The position numbers and the translations under genes were made by a program. Shown here in pieces: positions 10,630-24,750 of a stretch of DNA of 64,000 nt. The notes under the pieces were generated by a model. The model did no database searches. It was not told the DNA's origin and worked only from the letters and a program-made list of their open reading frames with translations. The DNA is from Octopus sinensis (Eukaryota). The stretch's first letter is position 1. Each line of letters opens with the position of its first letter. The stretch spans positions 116,994,001 to 117,058,000 of the forward strand of contig NC_043002.1 in assembly GCF_006345805.1 (NCBI RefSeq), in the 5' to 3' direction.

Positions 10630-13600
10630 TTCATATTGCACCAATTCTCTACTTAGATACTAAGGCAAAACCAAACACCGCGCAATTTAACCTTTCTGTT
10701 TGCCCAACATTCCACAACGCTGTGGGACGAAATGGAGCTACCTTCCTGGGTGCCCAGTTGCAGATCCACCGACATTTCCTCATCAACTTTTGCTCCTGTC
10801 ACCATCTTAATGCGGTATTTATCATCTCGATGTCCTTGGTGTCCGACACTATGACGGTGATATCTTTCGCATATGCCGACACAAATCTTCCACAACCTAC
10901 TTTGCGAATGATGCTCCTCAATGGCTCCAAATATTTTGTGTAATGGTTCAAAAGTCGACCACAAACAGAAAGGACAAGAAACAACCTTGACGGACAGAGT
11001 ACATGATACTGAAAGTTTCCGTCGGTGACCATTCACTATGACTATCTAGCAGTTATCATTGTACATTGAGGTGATCCTAACGCTGAAAATGGGGCCGAAA
11101 TCGGCTGCCATGGGAACAACCACCGAGTATTGGTGGTCGACCCCATTGAAGGCTTTCGATATAATCTAATTTCTTCAAGGTCCTATCTATGCCATCTTTC
11201 TAACACACACTTTTTTATGATGTATCACATGAGTAAAAGGTTGTCATGACGAGATATGTAAGGGATAGCGCGTGCTTGCACATCACCAAGAAGACTACCG
11301 ACAAATTCTTCCCTAACAACTGGACCAAAATCTTTAAATCTGGGCTTTGTAGAGTTATGGGCTGAAAATGAGCTGCAAAGCTATGGGAAGTCCTCCTTGT
11401 TCGGGTCCTTTCTCAGTAGTATTTGTATTCCTCATTGCACAGAACAAGAGATTCTTCCGTTCTGCAGATAGTTGCGGTAGATGCCTACCAAGAGGGTATA
11501 AAGAAGTTTGGCATATGTAGATTAAGCTGGAAGAATAGGCCATCCAAACCAGGATATTTCCTCTTTGTGCCGATAGGCTCACTTCCTATGTTCCCGTGGC
11601 TGCTATCAGCATTTTAACACCTTTCCGACTTCCTCACCGCCAGTCATGGTAGGCTGTCGAGATAGGCATTGAAGCACAGTCTTCTCTCGACTCTGCCACT
11701 CGGCTAGAATGTTTGAGCAAAGTACTGCTAAAAAGACACACACATCTGCTTGAAATCGAGTAGCAAGTGTACATCATTGCTCAACAAATACTGAATTGTG
11801 GCTTTGTTGCTACGTTGTGCGTATGCTATTCGGGCCCATCAGACAGCTTTCTTCATGTCTTGTGTTAGTAAACGTTTCTTGATTCTTTCAATGTAGCTTT
11901 CGAGTTTTGCGCTGTATTGGTCCGGAGTGATTTTCGCCACAAACACATTGTCGCTTCTTCCTTACTAAACCGCAAAGATTCTACTCTAATCGCACTTATC
12001 AGAAGGAAACACCATTTATTGTAGATGATTTCCCCTGTGAACTCACGCTTAATTTATTTGCTAATATAGTTGTTGTAAGCTTGGTGTGCCGGGACATATT
12101 TCATCTCCAATAACTGTATTCACGCCAATGAAGCCTATCTAGGTCAACAGTATAGATCACAAATTTGAGCTCTATGTACTTCACTTTGAACTGGTAAAAA
12201 AAATCTGCCGCGTCTCTACAAAAGACTCTAGGTACGTTTTTTATGACCCGATGCAGTATGTCATTATCCATATTAGTAAATTAGAAAAATTCCTGTCTTT
12301 AACTGTTAAAGAGTTGGAAACATCTGAGTTGGTTTGCAAGGCACTTGTATTTTGTTTCTTATAACCTAACCTCACGCAATCCATGCGCTTTTGTAAAGAA
12401 AGCCTTCCAATTGCTCAATCCAATTCGGAAAGTTCCTTACAAAACCTCTGGATGATGGAAGAAATCTAGCTGCCCCACCATTGTTAGAAACGGCTAATAG
12501 TCTGAAAGTATGGCTTTCGCTGCTACTCATGTCTAGTAACACAAACTTACCTTTTGGATTCACGAAGGTGCTCTGTGTCGCTAGATCCACACTTTCCCGA
12601 AGAAACGCTGCATATTCAACTCCTTGGAGATGCGTACACCTCATGGCTACGAAAAATGGGTGTGCCTGCTCGTGACACAAAAATTTTCATCTTGTTAGCT
12701 ACTGCATTTATATGTCGTAACCTGAGGTCGTCGTTGTGCAGGGGGCCCTGCTTCCAAGTGACCCCAGACCACGAGCACTCACACTATAAGTCCAAGTAAG
12801 ACAGAAGAAGGAAAGTGATAAAGGTTCACTTACCTTACTCCTGTGGAGGGACAGGTGTTCCATCCCTACGACTTGTTGTGGGTGTTTCCACAAGTTAATC
12901 ATTGCAAAAGCTTTTGTTAATATTATCTGAGAAGTCTCATACTTCGTCGGGAAATGTTTAATGTGATATTTTTCTAATTCTTATGTATATCAATGTGGTA
13001 TTTGTTAATATCGTGTGTGATACTTGTATGGTGATGGATTTCATTCGTTATTGTGAGTGTAACCGTTACCGTTGTCTGTTGTGTCATTCTGCTCTTCGAA
13101 GTGTTACATTTCTGTTTTTCTCCTTTTCTTTCGTCTCAATGGAACTTGATCAAAACTATTAGCAACACTAGCAAATTATGATTATTAGCCGAGCTTTCGG
13201 TGCTGCTGCTGTTACTCTTGTTGCAGTCATCGTTGTTGTTGTCATTGTTTATTACTGATGTCGTTGTAGTGGTTCTATTGCTGCAACTGTAGTTTATTGC
13301 TACAGGGTCGGCAACGGTTGCAATGAATTTTCTTCTCTACCGGTGGTGATTTTGTTGGGGATGACAGCAGTATGCCCGATACAACCTGCTTTCTTTGATA
13401 CGTAGTTGCTGCTGCTGCCGCTGTTACCAATGTTGATTGTTTTGTTACTGTTGCTGTTATTACTATTGTTATTGTTATTGTTGTCGCTGCTTCTGCTGCT
13501 CTTAACATTGTAGTTGTTGCTACCGACGCTCTGCTGCTATTGCTGATTAATAAATACGACTGAGTGTTGTGAGGTGGGTGATGTTTACTGCAAATAACAG

Positions 13601-13900
13601 TTCCACTATCAAAATTATCTCTCACCTATCTGTCTTGCTGGCCGGCCAGTAAAGACAATTGTAAGGTAGGCATTTTGAAAATGTTTGCCTTGTTTTAAAA
13701 ATATTTTCTCTTAAAAGTTTGCCCATAGGTCGAGTAAAAGAAAGTGTCAACCTCTTCCGTACGGTCTTGGTCGGCTTAATAACGAAATAGAAACAATGAA
13801 ATCAACAAACACAACCCGCTAAAACAAGAAAACAAGACTTAAACTCATGAACCTTCCAAACATCTGTAGCTACGGTAATGAACAGCAACAATAATAACAA
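10630..13900 (-). mobile_element. Tx1/L1-clade LINE remnant (low-complexity ORF1 region, APE, RT)
   Basis: SKAFNGVDHQY..AADFGPIF..IVIVNGH (~11040-11170), VSAYAKDITVIVSD (decayed YADD), VTGAKVDEEMSVDLQLGT, APE-like KGKFVLLDMSS..FRLLAVS (12372-12680), and a Thr/Ala/Gln-rich region at 13180-13620. Confidence 0.8.
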
Positions 13901-13964
13901 TAACAAGAAAACAACAATAATAATGATAATATAAATAACACTACTACTAATAACAATATTAATT

Positions 13965-14890
13965 ATTTCTAATTTAGGCACAATGCCAGGTAATTTGAAG
14001 GGTGGGGTTAGTTAATAAAATTAACTCCTGTGCTTGTCTGATACTTTATTTTATCGACCCCAGAAAGATGGAGGGAAACTGACCTCGGAGGAGTTCAACT
14101 CTGAACGTAAGGAGTCGGAAGATATACTACACCTAATTTTTCCCAATGCTCTAACAATTCTGCCAATCCATTTGCAAGAATAATTTTTTCTACTTAGGCA
14201 CAAGACCGGGTATTCTAGGGGATACAAACGGTCGATTATATCGAACTCAGCAGCTGATGGGTACAACTTGTGCTTTAGTGAAAACCGACATCGGTGAAAT
14301 ATGAAGTCAGAGCGCTAAGAGCCCAGTTCACGTCCTAGATCTGAAATAAAGGAAAGAAAGTAAGTCGATTATCTCGACTGCAGTTACTGGTACTTTATTT
14401 ATAAACCCAGAAAAAGTGTATGGTAAACTTGACATCAGTAAGATTCGAAATCAGACAATAGAGAACCGGAATAAATGCCATATTGCATTTTGTTCAATAC
14501 TCTACTTTTACTGCCAATCCAACATCTTGATAAGGCTTTGAGGGAAGGAGATAACTCGATTTCATAAACCGCTGTACTTGCCAGGTACTTTATCAATTTC
14601 CAATGGATCAAAGGCAAAGTTTACCCCGGTCCAGTTACAACTCATAACGTAAACAACTGGGACTACTGCACTGCATTTTGTTCGACGCACTAACTTTACT
14701 GCCAATCTACCACGTTATTAATTATAGTTGCTAGCATATGCACAAAACCAGAAGATTAGGGAGTCAGAAACTACTAGATTACCTCGTCCCCAATGATTGA
14801 CGACCGGTTTTCTATTTCATCTCTAAAATGATGAAGGGCAAAATTTACCCGGTATAGGTTAACGGTTCTGCTAACCCAGCACTCGTCAGC
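13965..14890 (-). mobile_element. Five old, head-to-tail family A SINE copies
   Basis: Recurrent ggtactttatt..atcgacc..aaaggc/aaag..gacc..gaactc..aacgt..ctaac..tctgccaatcc at ~185-bp spacing. Confidence 0.7.
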
Positions 14891-15171
14891 ATGTAAATAA
14901 TAATGATAATTTCAATCAAGTCATAACAATATATGCATCATAGACTGTACTTAATTGATGTTTTAGCTTATCGTTTCAGGAAAGGCAATTGTTTTATTGC
15001 GTTTGCATTTGATACAAATTTGTCGCGAGACATCGTAAAGTTAAGGGAGCATGAATAAGATGTTCCCTAATTAAATCAAACAACGTATTTTGTTAGAAGC
15101 TCTGTTGATGTCGCTATTCAATATTAATTGCTATTGTTGTTGTTGTTGTTGTTGTTGTTATTATTATTATT

Positions 15172-15207
<36 letters not shown>

Positions 15208-16208
15208 ATTGTTATTATAACTGTTATTATTATTATTTCATTAATTAATTGATCAATTAATTAATTAAACAGACTTCTAAAACTCTGCTAATAGGTTTTG
15301 GAATCAATACCAAGTCATGTGATTGCAAAACGTTGTTTCATGAAATTAAGAAGTTCAGAAATATTTTCCATACTTGTAATAATTATCAATTGTACGAAGA
15401 GGAGATCAGCTTTTACATAAGTATCTTTGTATGTGTTTATGTGTAAATATCTGTGTATTTGTCCGATTATGTACGAAATTATGACACGATGCTATGAAAC
15501 GTTGCTTAGTAAAAAAAAACTTCATCAAAAATATAAGTGGTATCGCATGCAAATACAAGCACACACATTTAATCTTTCATATCCAATAGTGGAACAATCT
15601 AAACTAGGCACTATAAATTTGTTTGAATTATGTTAATTATAAATATTAGTAAGTTAATAGTTATATAGTAACTTCATTATTTAATAAGCTGTATTGAAAT
15701 GTTAAATGTTTTAGCATTATAATTCATGATTTATCAATTTATGTTTCCGAAAGAAGACCAGAGTTTTGTTATTGGCTACAATTAATTTTCCAAAGAAAAT
15801 AATTGGCCTTTGTATTATTATTTCCCCCCTAAATATGATGCACATATTTCAGTCATTTACTTCATTTTGAGGCATTTGTTTTGCCACGTAGTCAATTTAG
15901 ACTTTCTTCGTATTTAGATTTCTTATATTTCCTGATATTTCTGAGAACGTCGCTCGCTCAATATCTACATTAAAAATGAAGAATAACAAACGTTCCAAAC
16001 AACTTTGCAGGATATTTTCAGGGTGAACCGGCTGAGATAAATTAGTACTAGACAGCGTCTTTTAATCAATGAATATAATTAAAAGTATACAACTTATATA
16101 TGATCTAAACAATAAATGTTGCACACAAATACCAACGGTTTGTTGTTCGCGAAACGGAACTCTTACATATGACTGCGTTAATTAACTAATTAACCAAGTA
16201 ATTATTAC

Positions 16209-16258
<50 letters not shown>

Positions 16259-17655
16259 ATTATTATTATTATGTATATGGTTATAAACTTGAAATTATAT
16301 AAATGAATTTGAGTAATTAATGCAGTTTAACAATTACAGTTTCTTTGCAAAGAAATAAGAGGCATACTTATGAAATTCTGCTTACAGCTTAATATTGTTC
16401 CAAATATGTAATGGGAAAAAAAGTTGTTTGGTTTATTTTCGTCTTAAAGCTATTTACAAGAAGCTGATACGAATTGTCAATGATCTGATGAGTAATTAGT
16501 TAAGCTGTCTTTACTACATTTATCTTTGTCGGATTTGATAGAAAATTAAAAATGCAAGTTGCTTTTACTCATGCATGCACTCTTGTTTTGTATCCAACTG
16601 GTATCTCTTAAACAGAAAGTAGTTATAAAATATTAAGTAAGTTGCAACGTAATTTACGTTTAAACAATGGCCGAATTTTGTTAGTAATAAAATATTTGAT
16701 GTTTTGATACAAAGCAAGAGAACTAAAGTTAGTGAGTTTTTCAACTAATGAAATCCTGTGTAAAGGAATGTTTGTCATTCTTCAGAAGTGAGTCTTGAAA
16801 TTAGAATTGTGGGTTAATAGATGAATACAATTAAATATTAATAAATATATAAATAGAAAAGGAATACTGGTTAAAATATATTAGAATGATGACAACAGGA
16901 AAAATCGAAATGCAAAGTTAAGCACTTCTGTTTCTGAAGAAGAATTGCAATAATACATATATAATCAACTCTGTTTTTAATATTGACATTATTTCAATAT
17001 CAAAAGGCTTTCCTTTACATAAATCCAAACTACAATATCCATGCTTCAGCTAAACAAAAAGGGGGAGTTTTAATTCAGAAAAAAACGGCAAGAAAGCAAG
17101 CAAACAAGACAAATAAAAATTCAAGCAAATGAAAAAAAATGCGATTCCTAGAGATAACAGCTATAATCAAATAAAATGAACTGAAAAAAATGGTCATAAA
17201 CGATTGAATCAAAACAAAAGTCATTAACTTTATATAAAATTAATTTAACAACATGAATAATACTAAAATTCAAAACGGTACAAACACAACGAAAAATTAC
17301 AATTTAAAAAATGCTTTATTATGGCGCCTACAATATAAAAAAACATGAAAATGGGATTTGTAATACTTATACTAATAGCTCCGATTCTAAATATAGAATG
17401 CTCTAAGATAATTATTGTAAATATGTATTTAAAATTATAAACTAATATAATACTTTAAATTACGATAAATGCAGATAGTTTTTAAAACAACCCAACTGCC
17501 AAGGCGCTTATAAGATTATACCTAATTAAATCAAATATTTTCCAATCACATACTGAACTAGATAATTTGTTAATATTGAATTTTCGAATATTTTCATAAT
17601 TATTATTTTTTGAAATATATATCTATTATTAATAACCAATTCAGATATATATGTT

Positions 17656-17708
<53 letters not shown>

Positions 17709-19349
17709 TTTGGGACATCCTTTGATACAAATCAATACATATTGATTTGATATCTAATATGGAATCACCATCATTGTTACGGCATCATGAAAAATATGAC
17801 TGCATAAATCTAGAAGTGTTATTTTTACAAAACTATCATATTTTATCACACACTGCAGTTAGGTTTCATTCAAAATCAGTTTTATTAGATTAAACCTCGC
17901 TATTCCTCCACAATTTTACTCAGATATTTTATATTACATTAAATATCTAACTGGACGTGACAAAATATCATTATAATACCTAGTAAAGGTTTCTTTCATT
18001 TACCTTGGTAAAACTTATTGTTACTAATGCTATTCGACAACGACTGCTTTGTTGGACAAGATCTCAGACAAAAAGACTATAATATATTCAAAAACTAACG
18101 TATTTAGTGCATTATTTTATTGTATGACGTGTGTGGTAATATCCGTACCAAAGTGTAATTAAAAAAGGACGGAATTATGTTCATGACTTATTCCTTATTT
18201 TCTTCAGGTACTATATATACTGTAGACGTATGTGTATTCCGGTATTTACATAGTGCACGAGCATTTATTGTGATTTAAAACAGATGAGGTGTTTTACTTC
18301 AGCTTTTAATAGCTTTATAACTCATAAATGCATTTTTTCGAATACTTTCGTTGCGAGTATACATATATCAAATATCTCGAACGCGTGAGTTCGGGTGACA
18401 ATAAAGAGTTCAACTGATTTAAATGCATCTGTAAAATGATATATGGCTTTAGATACTAAAAACCATAACGGAAGCAATAATGCTATATGGAAATCAATAA
18501 ATGCCTGTTTTTAAATTTATTTTGCAAGAATTTTGATCAGAAATTGTGCATTGGAACTAACATTGTTTATTTTGGGCAAGTCATATTAAAGCACTTAAAC
18601 ACATTTACCTTTTGTGATCGAGTTACCTGGTTATATTCCCAGGACTTTCTTTACCTTTTTTTCTATAACATTTAAAATGGCTTTGCACTCTTGCGTTTGA
18701 TGTTATCAACTAATGTGCATACTCGCATGTGCGTTTGTAAGGTTGGCTTTAGTTAAATATAATCCTACTGTATCCATATCTTGTACTACAGTGGTGGTGT
18801 TGCAAGGGAATTGTGGGTATGCTGTTACGCCACAACAAACTTGCCACAAGTCCATCAATGATTCCTTCTAATAGTTGGCTGTGGGACAGTCAAAACCTAC
18901 TTCCTGTGTTCGTTACAATCTCTGGAATCGTAAAGTTAAATATTTTGGATGTGTACAAGGAAATTTATCTCAAATATTTTTATTGAACTATTGTTTTTCT
19001 GTATAACGCCTTGATAGAATGTGGATATTTACTTCTTTTCCTTGCATTTCTAGCAGTCACGAGTCAAAACAAAATCTATAGTTGTTGTTGATGTATGTAT
19101 AATCCTGTGAGCCATTCTTGTTGTTGCTGTTATGGTCTAATTGCCATTTAATTTGTGTGAAAGATTGTTTTTTTCAGTTTCAGGTAGGCATTCAAAATTA
19201 TTGACCTCCTTATTTACGGCATAATTTGGTAGCAATATATGGTCAGTTGCTTCTTCTGTGTTCTCTTGTATTGTACTGTATATTCAGGAAATAGAAAACA
19301 CACTGTGGAAAGCACCTAGCAGATAGCAAACTTCATTCCTTAAAGCATC

Positions 19350-20100
19350 AAGTTGGCCTTCCTTTACCTATCTCAACACCTCAATAACAAAAAAATGTTT
19401 TTAAATACCCAACAATGGCTAGAAGTTTTAAAGGCAAGAAATAAATCCTTCTGCCGTATCGTCTCAAGTCACCTTGTCCGCTAGAGCTCTGTTATATCCA
19501 CAAATGCAAAAGCAAACGCCTTGACAGCATATCAAATATGGGTGATGAGGAATGTATCTCATATGTGTCCAGCCAGCAAACTAGTCTCAAGATTTCGTTT
19601 ATTGCATGCAGTCCTTGTATATAAACAAAGCTGGTTGACTATATCCTAAGGTTTTCAAACAGCGAGAGCATTTAGAGAACCCAAGAAACTATAATTTGGA
19701 TTGATGAAATATAATTTGGATTGATGAACTATAATTTGGATTGAAGAAACTATAATTTGGATTCATGCAAATAGAATGTGATTCCCGATAGATTCCGGTA
19801 CAAGTTGAAGAGGAAAAAAGAATCTAGACAAGAACGAATCTAGACCTAGTGCGCTAACAACAAATTCCAATGTATGATATTTATCCCTGCTATCTGTAAC
19901 CAGAAATGAATTAGCCTATAGATTTATAAAAGAATTATATGAAACAAAACTTTGAAACGCAAACCAGGAGAAAAGAGAGGCAGATTCGTCAAGTCACCAA
20001 AATGTCAACCAAGCCCACCATATAAAAAAATGGCGCACAGAATATGTTAGCGATCACAAAACACCAGCAGAAACACAATGAAAAGGAGAAATATCTAAAC
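19350..20100 (+). mobile_element. Possible RTE-type LINE 3' remnant
   Basis: FTYLNTSI, KARNKSFCRI, RFRLLHAVL..QSW and HANRM*FPIDSG echo the RTE RT C-terminal motif order. Very decayed. Confidence 0.35.
19685..19766. repeat. Minisatellite, four copies of 20-21 bp (GAAACTATAATTTGGATTGAT)
   Basis: Directly visible. Confidence 0.95.
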
Positions 20101-20484
20101 AGTCTATCTGCCTTATAGAAATACAAAAGCTGAAGTAAGATTTCTTTCTCGGCACACAAACACCTAAATAATGCCAGCCTACAGACATCGCAACGAATAC
20201 ACGAAGCAAGTTTGGATCACTTCGCGTTTATTAGAATGAATGAACTGAATCACAGCACCCTCACAAACACCTCTGCAGTAAAACAATGTGAGGCAACAAC
20301 ACACAAGTGAGGCAACATTTAAAGCAAGCAAAAGAACAATAACAAGATTAAATTTAACGAAAACAACACAACTTCAGCTCACATATTTGCCATTCACATG
20401 GGACATAAAGGTGTGACATAAAATCAAAATTTGTCAGAGAATTTAACGTATCTAAAAGACCACAGCAAGGGCGTGAGAGACTGA

Positions 20485-20672
20485 TATTGGTTTCATATTT
20501 TGGAACAAGGCTAGCATTTTCGTAGGAGGGTTAGCCGATTACATCGACCCTAGCGTTAGAAAGGTTGAAAGGCAAAGTCGACCTCGGCAGCATTTGAGCT
20601 CAACGTAAAGACGGACGAAGTGTCGTTAAGCGTTTTGCCTGACGCCGTAACGATTCTGCCAACTTTCCGCCT
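20485..20672 (-). mobile_element. Family A SINE
   Basis: gccgattacatcgacc..gaaaggcaaagtcgacctcggc..tttgagctc..cgattctgcc, matching the 3712 copy. Confidence 0.85.
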
Positions 20673-20719
20673 GGGAAGCTTGGAAGCAAACATATATTTA
20701 AAGATTTATATGCCGCATG

Positions 20720-20816
<97 letters not shown>

Positions 20817-21699
20817 CATATAATATATATATATGGGATGGGGTTACGTTATGTATATATGGGTGTGCATGTGTGTGTGAGTGTTTCTTCCTGAGAAACA
20901 ATACATACTCCAGCAAGCTCCAGTATCCATCAAGAGGAAAACTGACCTGTCTTATTATTATCCATAGAAATACTTTCTGTTACTGAACTTCAAGTCATTG
21001 GATTCTGATAAACCTGGAATACCATTTAGAGTCCTGCTTGCTTAGGTACATTTGACAGAAACAGCTTACTATCACTCGGTAGCCATGCATGTCATGCAGT
21101 TATATATAAATTGACACTATCAAGGTGGCTACCTGAACGCGTGATCAATGTCGATACTGAAATGTCACGCCGTAAAAAGTTTCGACTTACTGACGCAAGC
21201 ATCTTCTCTATTACTTGGAACATACAATGTATAAACTATTGTCGCTAAGACTGACCACCCTAGTTACCTGAAATAACAATCAGTGACGCAAACCGATTTA
21301 TAATTTTCTCTTGGTCGTTTGGATTTCTCTTCAATGTCAAAGGAGTAAGACAGGCTCTTTTATTGGGCAGCAGGTATAGGGTAAACTTACTGTATGTATG
21401 TATGTATGTATGCATGTATGTATGTATGTATGTATGTATCTATCTATCTATCTATCTATCTATCTAGTATGGTCTTTTCTATTTTTCATTATTTAAATTC
21501 TTCTTCTGGAGAAGGGGGAGCTGGGCTCCAACAAAGATACAAAACTCCATTGTTAGTATTAACGAAAACAACGTCACACTTTAAACTTGAGAAAAGTCTT
21601 GCATATATTTACTGTTCTACTTACAGATTGGATATGTAATGTACGTGTTATTCGCGTTTTTATTTTGTGAAACTCCAATCATGTCCCGGCTATCAGATG

Positions 21700-22205
21700 A
21701 ACATTTACTTACAAAATCAAGTGCACTATTAATATTGGTATATGAACCTTTGTAATTTGGATATAGAAGCTGGAGGTCTCAAAGTAGTTGTCTATAGTTA
21801 TGCTCTTTCTCTTTGATTTTCAAAGAGAGACATCTGCACGTCAGTTGCCCTCTCTCGCAGGACATGCTATTCTCTTGTTAGTCCTAAACAACAATGTCCG
21901 GCCGATTATGTTTACATTTGACACAAGTTTTGATAGGAATGTTCCACTAGTACCCCTTGTGTTGATGTTTATGTACCTATTCAATAACTTGGAGATTCTC
22001 TATATTTATTCTACGACAGTCATTTTTCTGACTGGTATTCCATATTGTTTTAAGCAACAACCTCGTGTCGCATAGCGATGAAATATGGAATAATCTGCAT
22101 TTTCGGTTGCAGTTTGGTATTCCACGATGTTCGTTATTTCTTTGTTCATTAGGTATTTAGTAGCAGTTTCCTGTTATTAGATTGCAATGCAGAGCCTTCT
22201 AATTG
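21700..22205 (-). mobile_element. R4/Dong-group (restriction-like endonuclease) LINE 3' fragment
   Basis: Minus strand: PYFIAMRHEVVA, IPIKTCVKCKHNRPDIVV, KIKEKEHNY..LQLLYPNYK. Confidence 0.7.
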
Positions 22206-22241
22206 CGATTCCATGTATATATCTGTGTTTCCATTTATGGA

Positions 22242-22281
<40 letters not shown>

Positions 22282-22284
22282 CTG

Positions 22285-22443
<159 letters not shown>

Positions 22444-22465
22444 CATACATACATGCATACATATA

Positions 22466-22915
22466 TACGGTGTCTGTTTGGTGGTCCAGTGCTGGTATCA
22501 TCCACTACAGCTTCATGGACTTGCAACCGAGATTGGTCAATAGATACAGGCCAATTCTCTTGCAAGACAATGCTCGACCACATGTTACACAAAGAACTCT
22601 ACTCAAGTTACAGGAACTGAACTTGGAAATACTCTGTAATCCACCATATTCACCAGACCTTGCACCAACTTGCTATCACGTTTGCCAGGCATTAGACAAC
22701 TTTTTTCAAGGAAAAGAACTTCAAATCTGAAGATGTAAAAACAGCCTTTCGTGATTTCTTCACCTCTTGCTCTCCAGAATTCTTCACCAATAAAATGGCA
22801 AAATCGTGTTAATAATTTAGGTTCGCGCTTTGACTAAGTGCATTGCTTTTTCTTTCAATAAAGTAAAATATACTTTCAGTTCAAAATTGGATATTTCATT
22901 CTTAATGACCGGATA
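22466..22915 (+). mobile_element. Mariner transposon 3' remnant 1
   Basis: [38 protein letters not shown], followed by a TIR-like end into (TA)n. Confidence 0.9.
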
Positions 22916-22934
22916 TATATATATATATATACAT

Positions 22935-23909
22935 ACGCTCAGTTTATGGGAAAGAATGCTTGAATGAAAGAACTTCCAGAAGATGGTTTGCAAAATTCAG
23001 AAGTGGAGATTTCAGCCTTGAAGATGAAGATCAAACAGGATGTCCAGTTGAGTTTGATGATAAGCTCCTTGAGACATTACTTGAAGAAAATTCTACTTCA
23101 TCAGTTGAAGAATTAGTAATAAAGCTTAGTTCAAACCATACATTTTCATTGTCATCTTCAACTTGAAAAATGGGTGCCTAATGAATTATCCAAAAGCAAC
23201 CGCAAATCCCGAGTTGACATCTGCCTTTCACTCCATTCTCGCGAACCCACTTCACCCTTTATGGATAGACTTGTGACTGGTGACGAAAAATGGAACTTCT
23301 ATCAAAATGTTAAACGTCGTAAACAGTGTGTTGGTAAAAGGGAAAAAGCTGAACCACAGCCGAGAAGGGAACTTCATGGAAAAAAGGATTTTCTCACTAT
23401 CTGTTGGGATTGCAACGAATTAATTCATTTTGAATTGTTACCACCTAATGCAACAATCAATGCTCAACTCTACTGTCAGCAATTAGAGCGTTTGATCTAA
23501 GCTAAAAAAAAAAAGACCCACTTTAGTAAATCGAAAAGGAGTGATGTTTCATTTGGACAATGCATGGACCCAAATTGCAAAGATCACATCACGGAAGCCT
23601 GAAGAGCTTGGTTGGGAAAAAAAATCCTCATCCACCTTATTCTTCCGACCTTGCTCCTTCAGACTGCCATTTCGTAGTTTACAGAATCATTTGGGGGACA
23701 TAACTTTCGCAAGCCAGGAGGAGATCGAAACTGACATTTCAGAGTTCTTCGCTTTGAAACCATTGATGGGATTAAAAAGCTTGTAAATAGATGGAAGGAA
23801 GTCATAATCAGGGAACGTACATTGATGATTAAATTTCAATTAAATATAACATTTGATCACGTGATTTTTTTATTCAAAATTCGGACAGAACTTATGGGAT
23901 GACCTGATA
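22935..23909 (+). mobile_element. Mariner transposon remnant 2 (DD34D-type transposase pseudogene)
   Basis: RTSRRWFAKFRSGDFSLED, WVPNEL, RLVTGDEKW, FHLDNA and FRSLQNHL, with stops and frameshifts. Ends ..CTTATGGGATGACCTGA-TA. Confidence 0.9.
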
Positions 23910-23979
23910 TATAAATACACACACACTCGCACACATGCGTATATATATATATATATCTATATGTATATGTGAATATATG

Positions 23980-24070
<91 letters not shown>

Positions 24071-24442
24071 TTATATATAGACACAGACATAAATGTGTGA
24101 AACTATTAGTAGCTCTTTATACAGTGCACATTAAATAATATTTATCTCACCGCTGGATGGAGTACTTTCTCAGCTCTATCTTAGTGGAAGAGTAACATGT
24201 ATATATTTGTGTGTGTTTGTGCGTGCGTATGTATACATATAATTATATAATTATAGATAATATGTGTATGTGTAAAAGTATGAGTGTTTATGGACGTGTT
24301 TATAATCCCATTCATATACATATTTTGTCCTTTACCTAATCAAATCATTCGTAATGGAAACAAAGCTCCTGATAGGACATGCAGACATACAGTGAGATAC
24401 TATACATTAACAAGATTTCAACATCATTACAATATCTATCAT

Positions 24443-24519
<77 letters not shown>

Positions 24520-24669
24520 TTGTTTATAGATATATATTTATATATTTATATATATAAGCATACATACATATATATATGTATATATAATTATATCTATATA
24601 CACACATATATTATATATATATTATATATATACATATACATATATACATATATATATACACATATATAT

Positions 24670-24750
<81 letters not shown>

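Noticed and set aside
15241-15264. 24-bp perfect palindrome TTAATTAATTGATCAATTAATTAA
   Set aside because: Low-complexity (TTAA)n expansion, expected by chance next to microsatellites.
15915-18810. Further micro-exon candidates (e.g. 16450-16491 IYKKLIRIVNDLM; ~15915-16021; ~18208; ~18790)
   Set aside because: Plausible splice sites are common in AT-rich DNA, and no phase-consistent chain or recognisable homology was found.
21175-21210. Hammerhead-like motif on the minus strand (GAGAAGA-T-GCTTGC gtca GTAAGT-C-GAAAC)
   Set aside because: The core is mutated (CUG to GAG) and there is no helix I or III; at best a dead relic.
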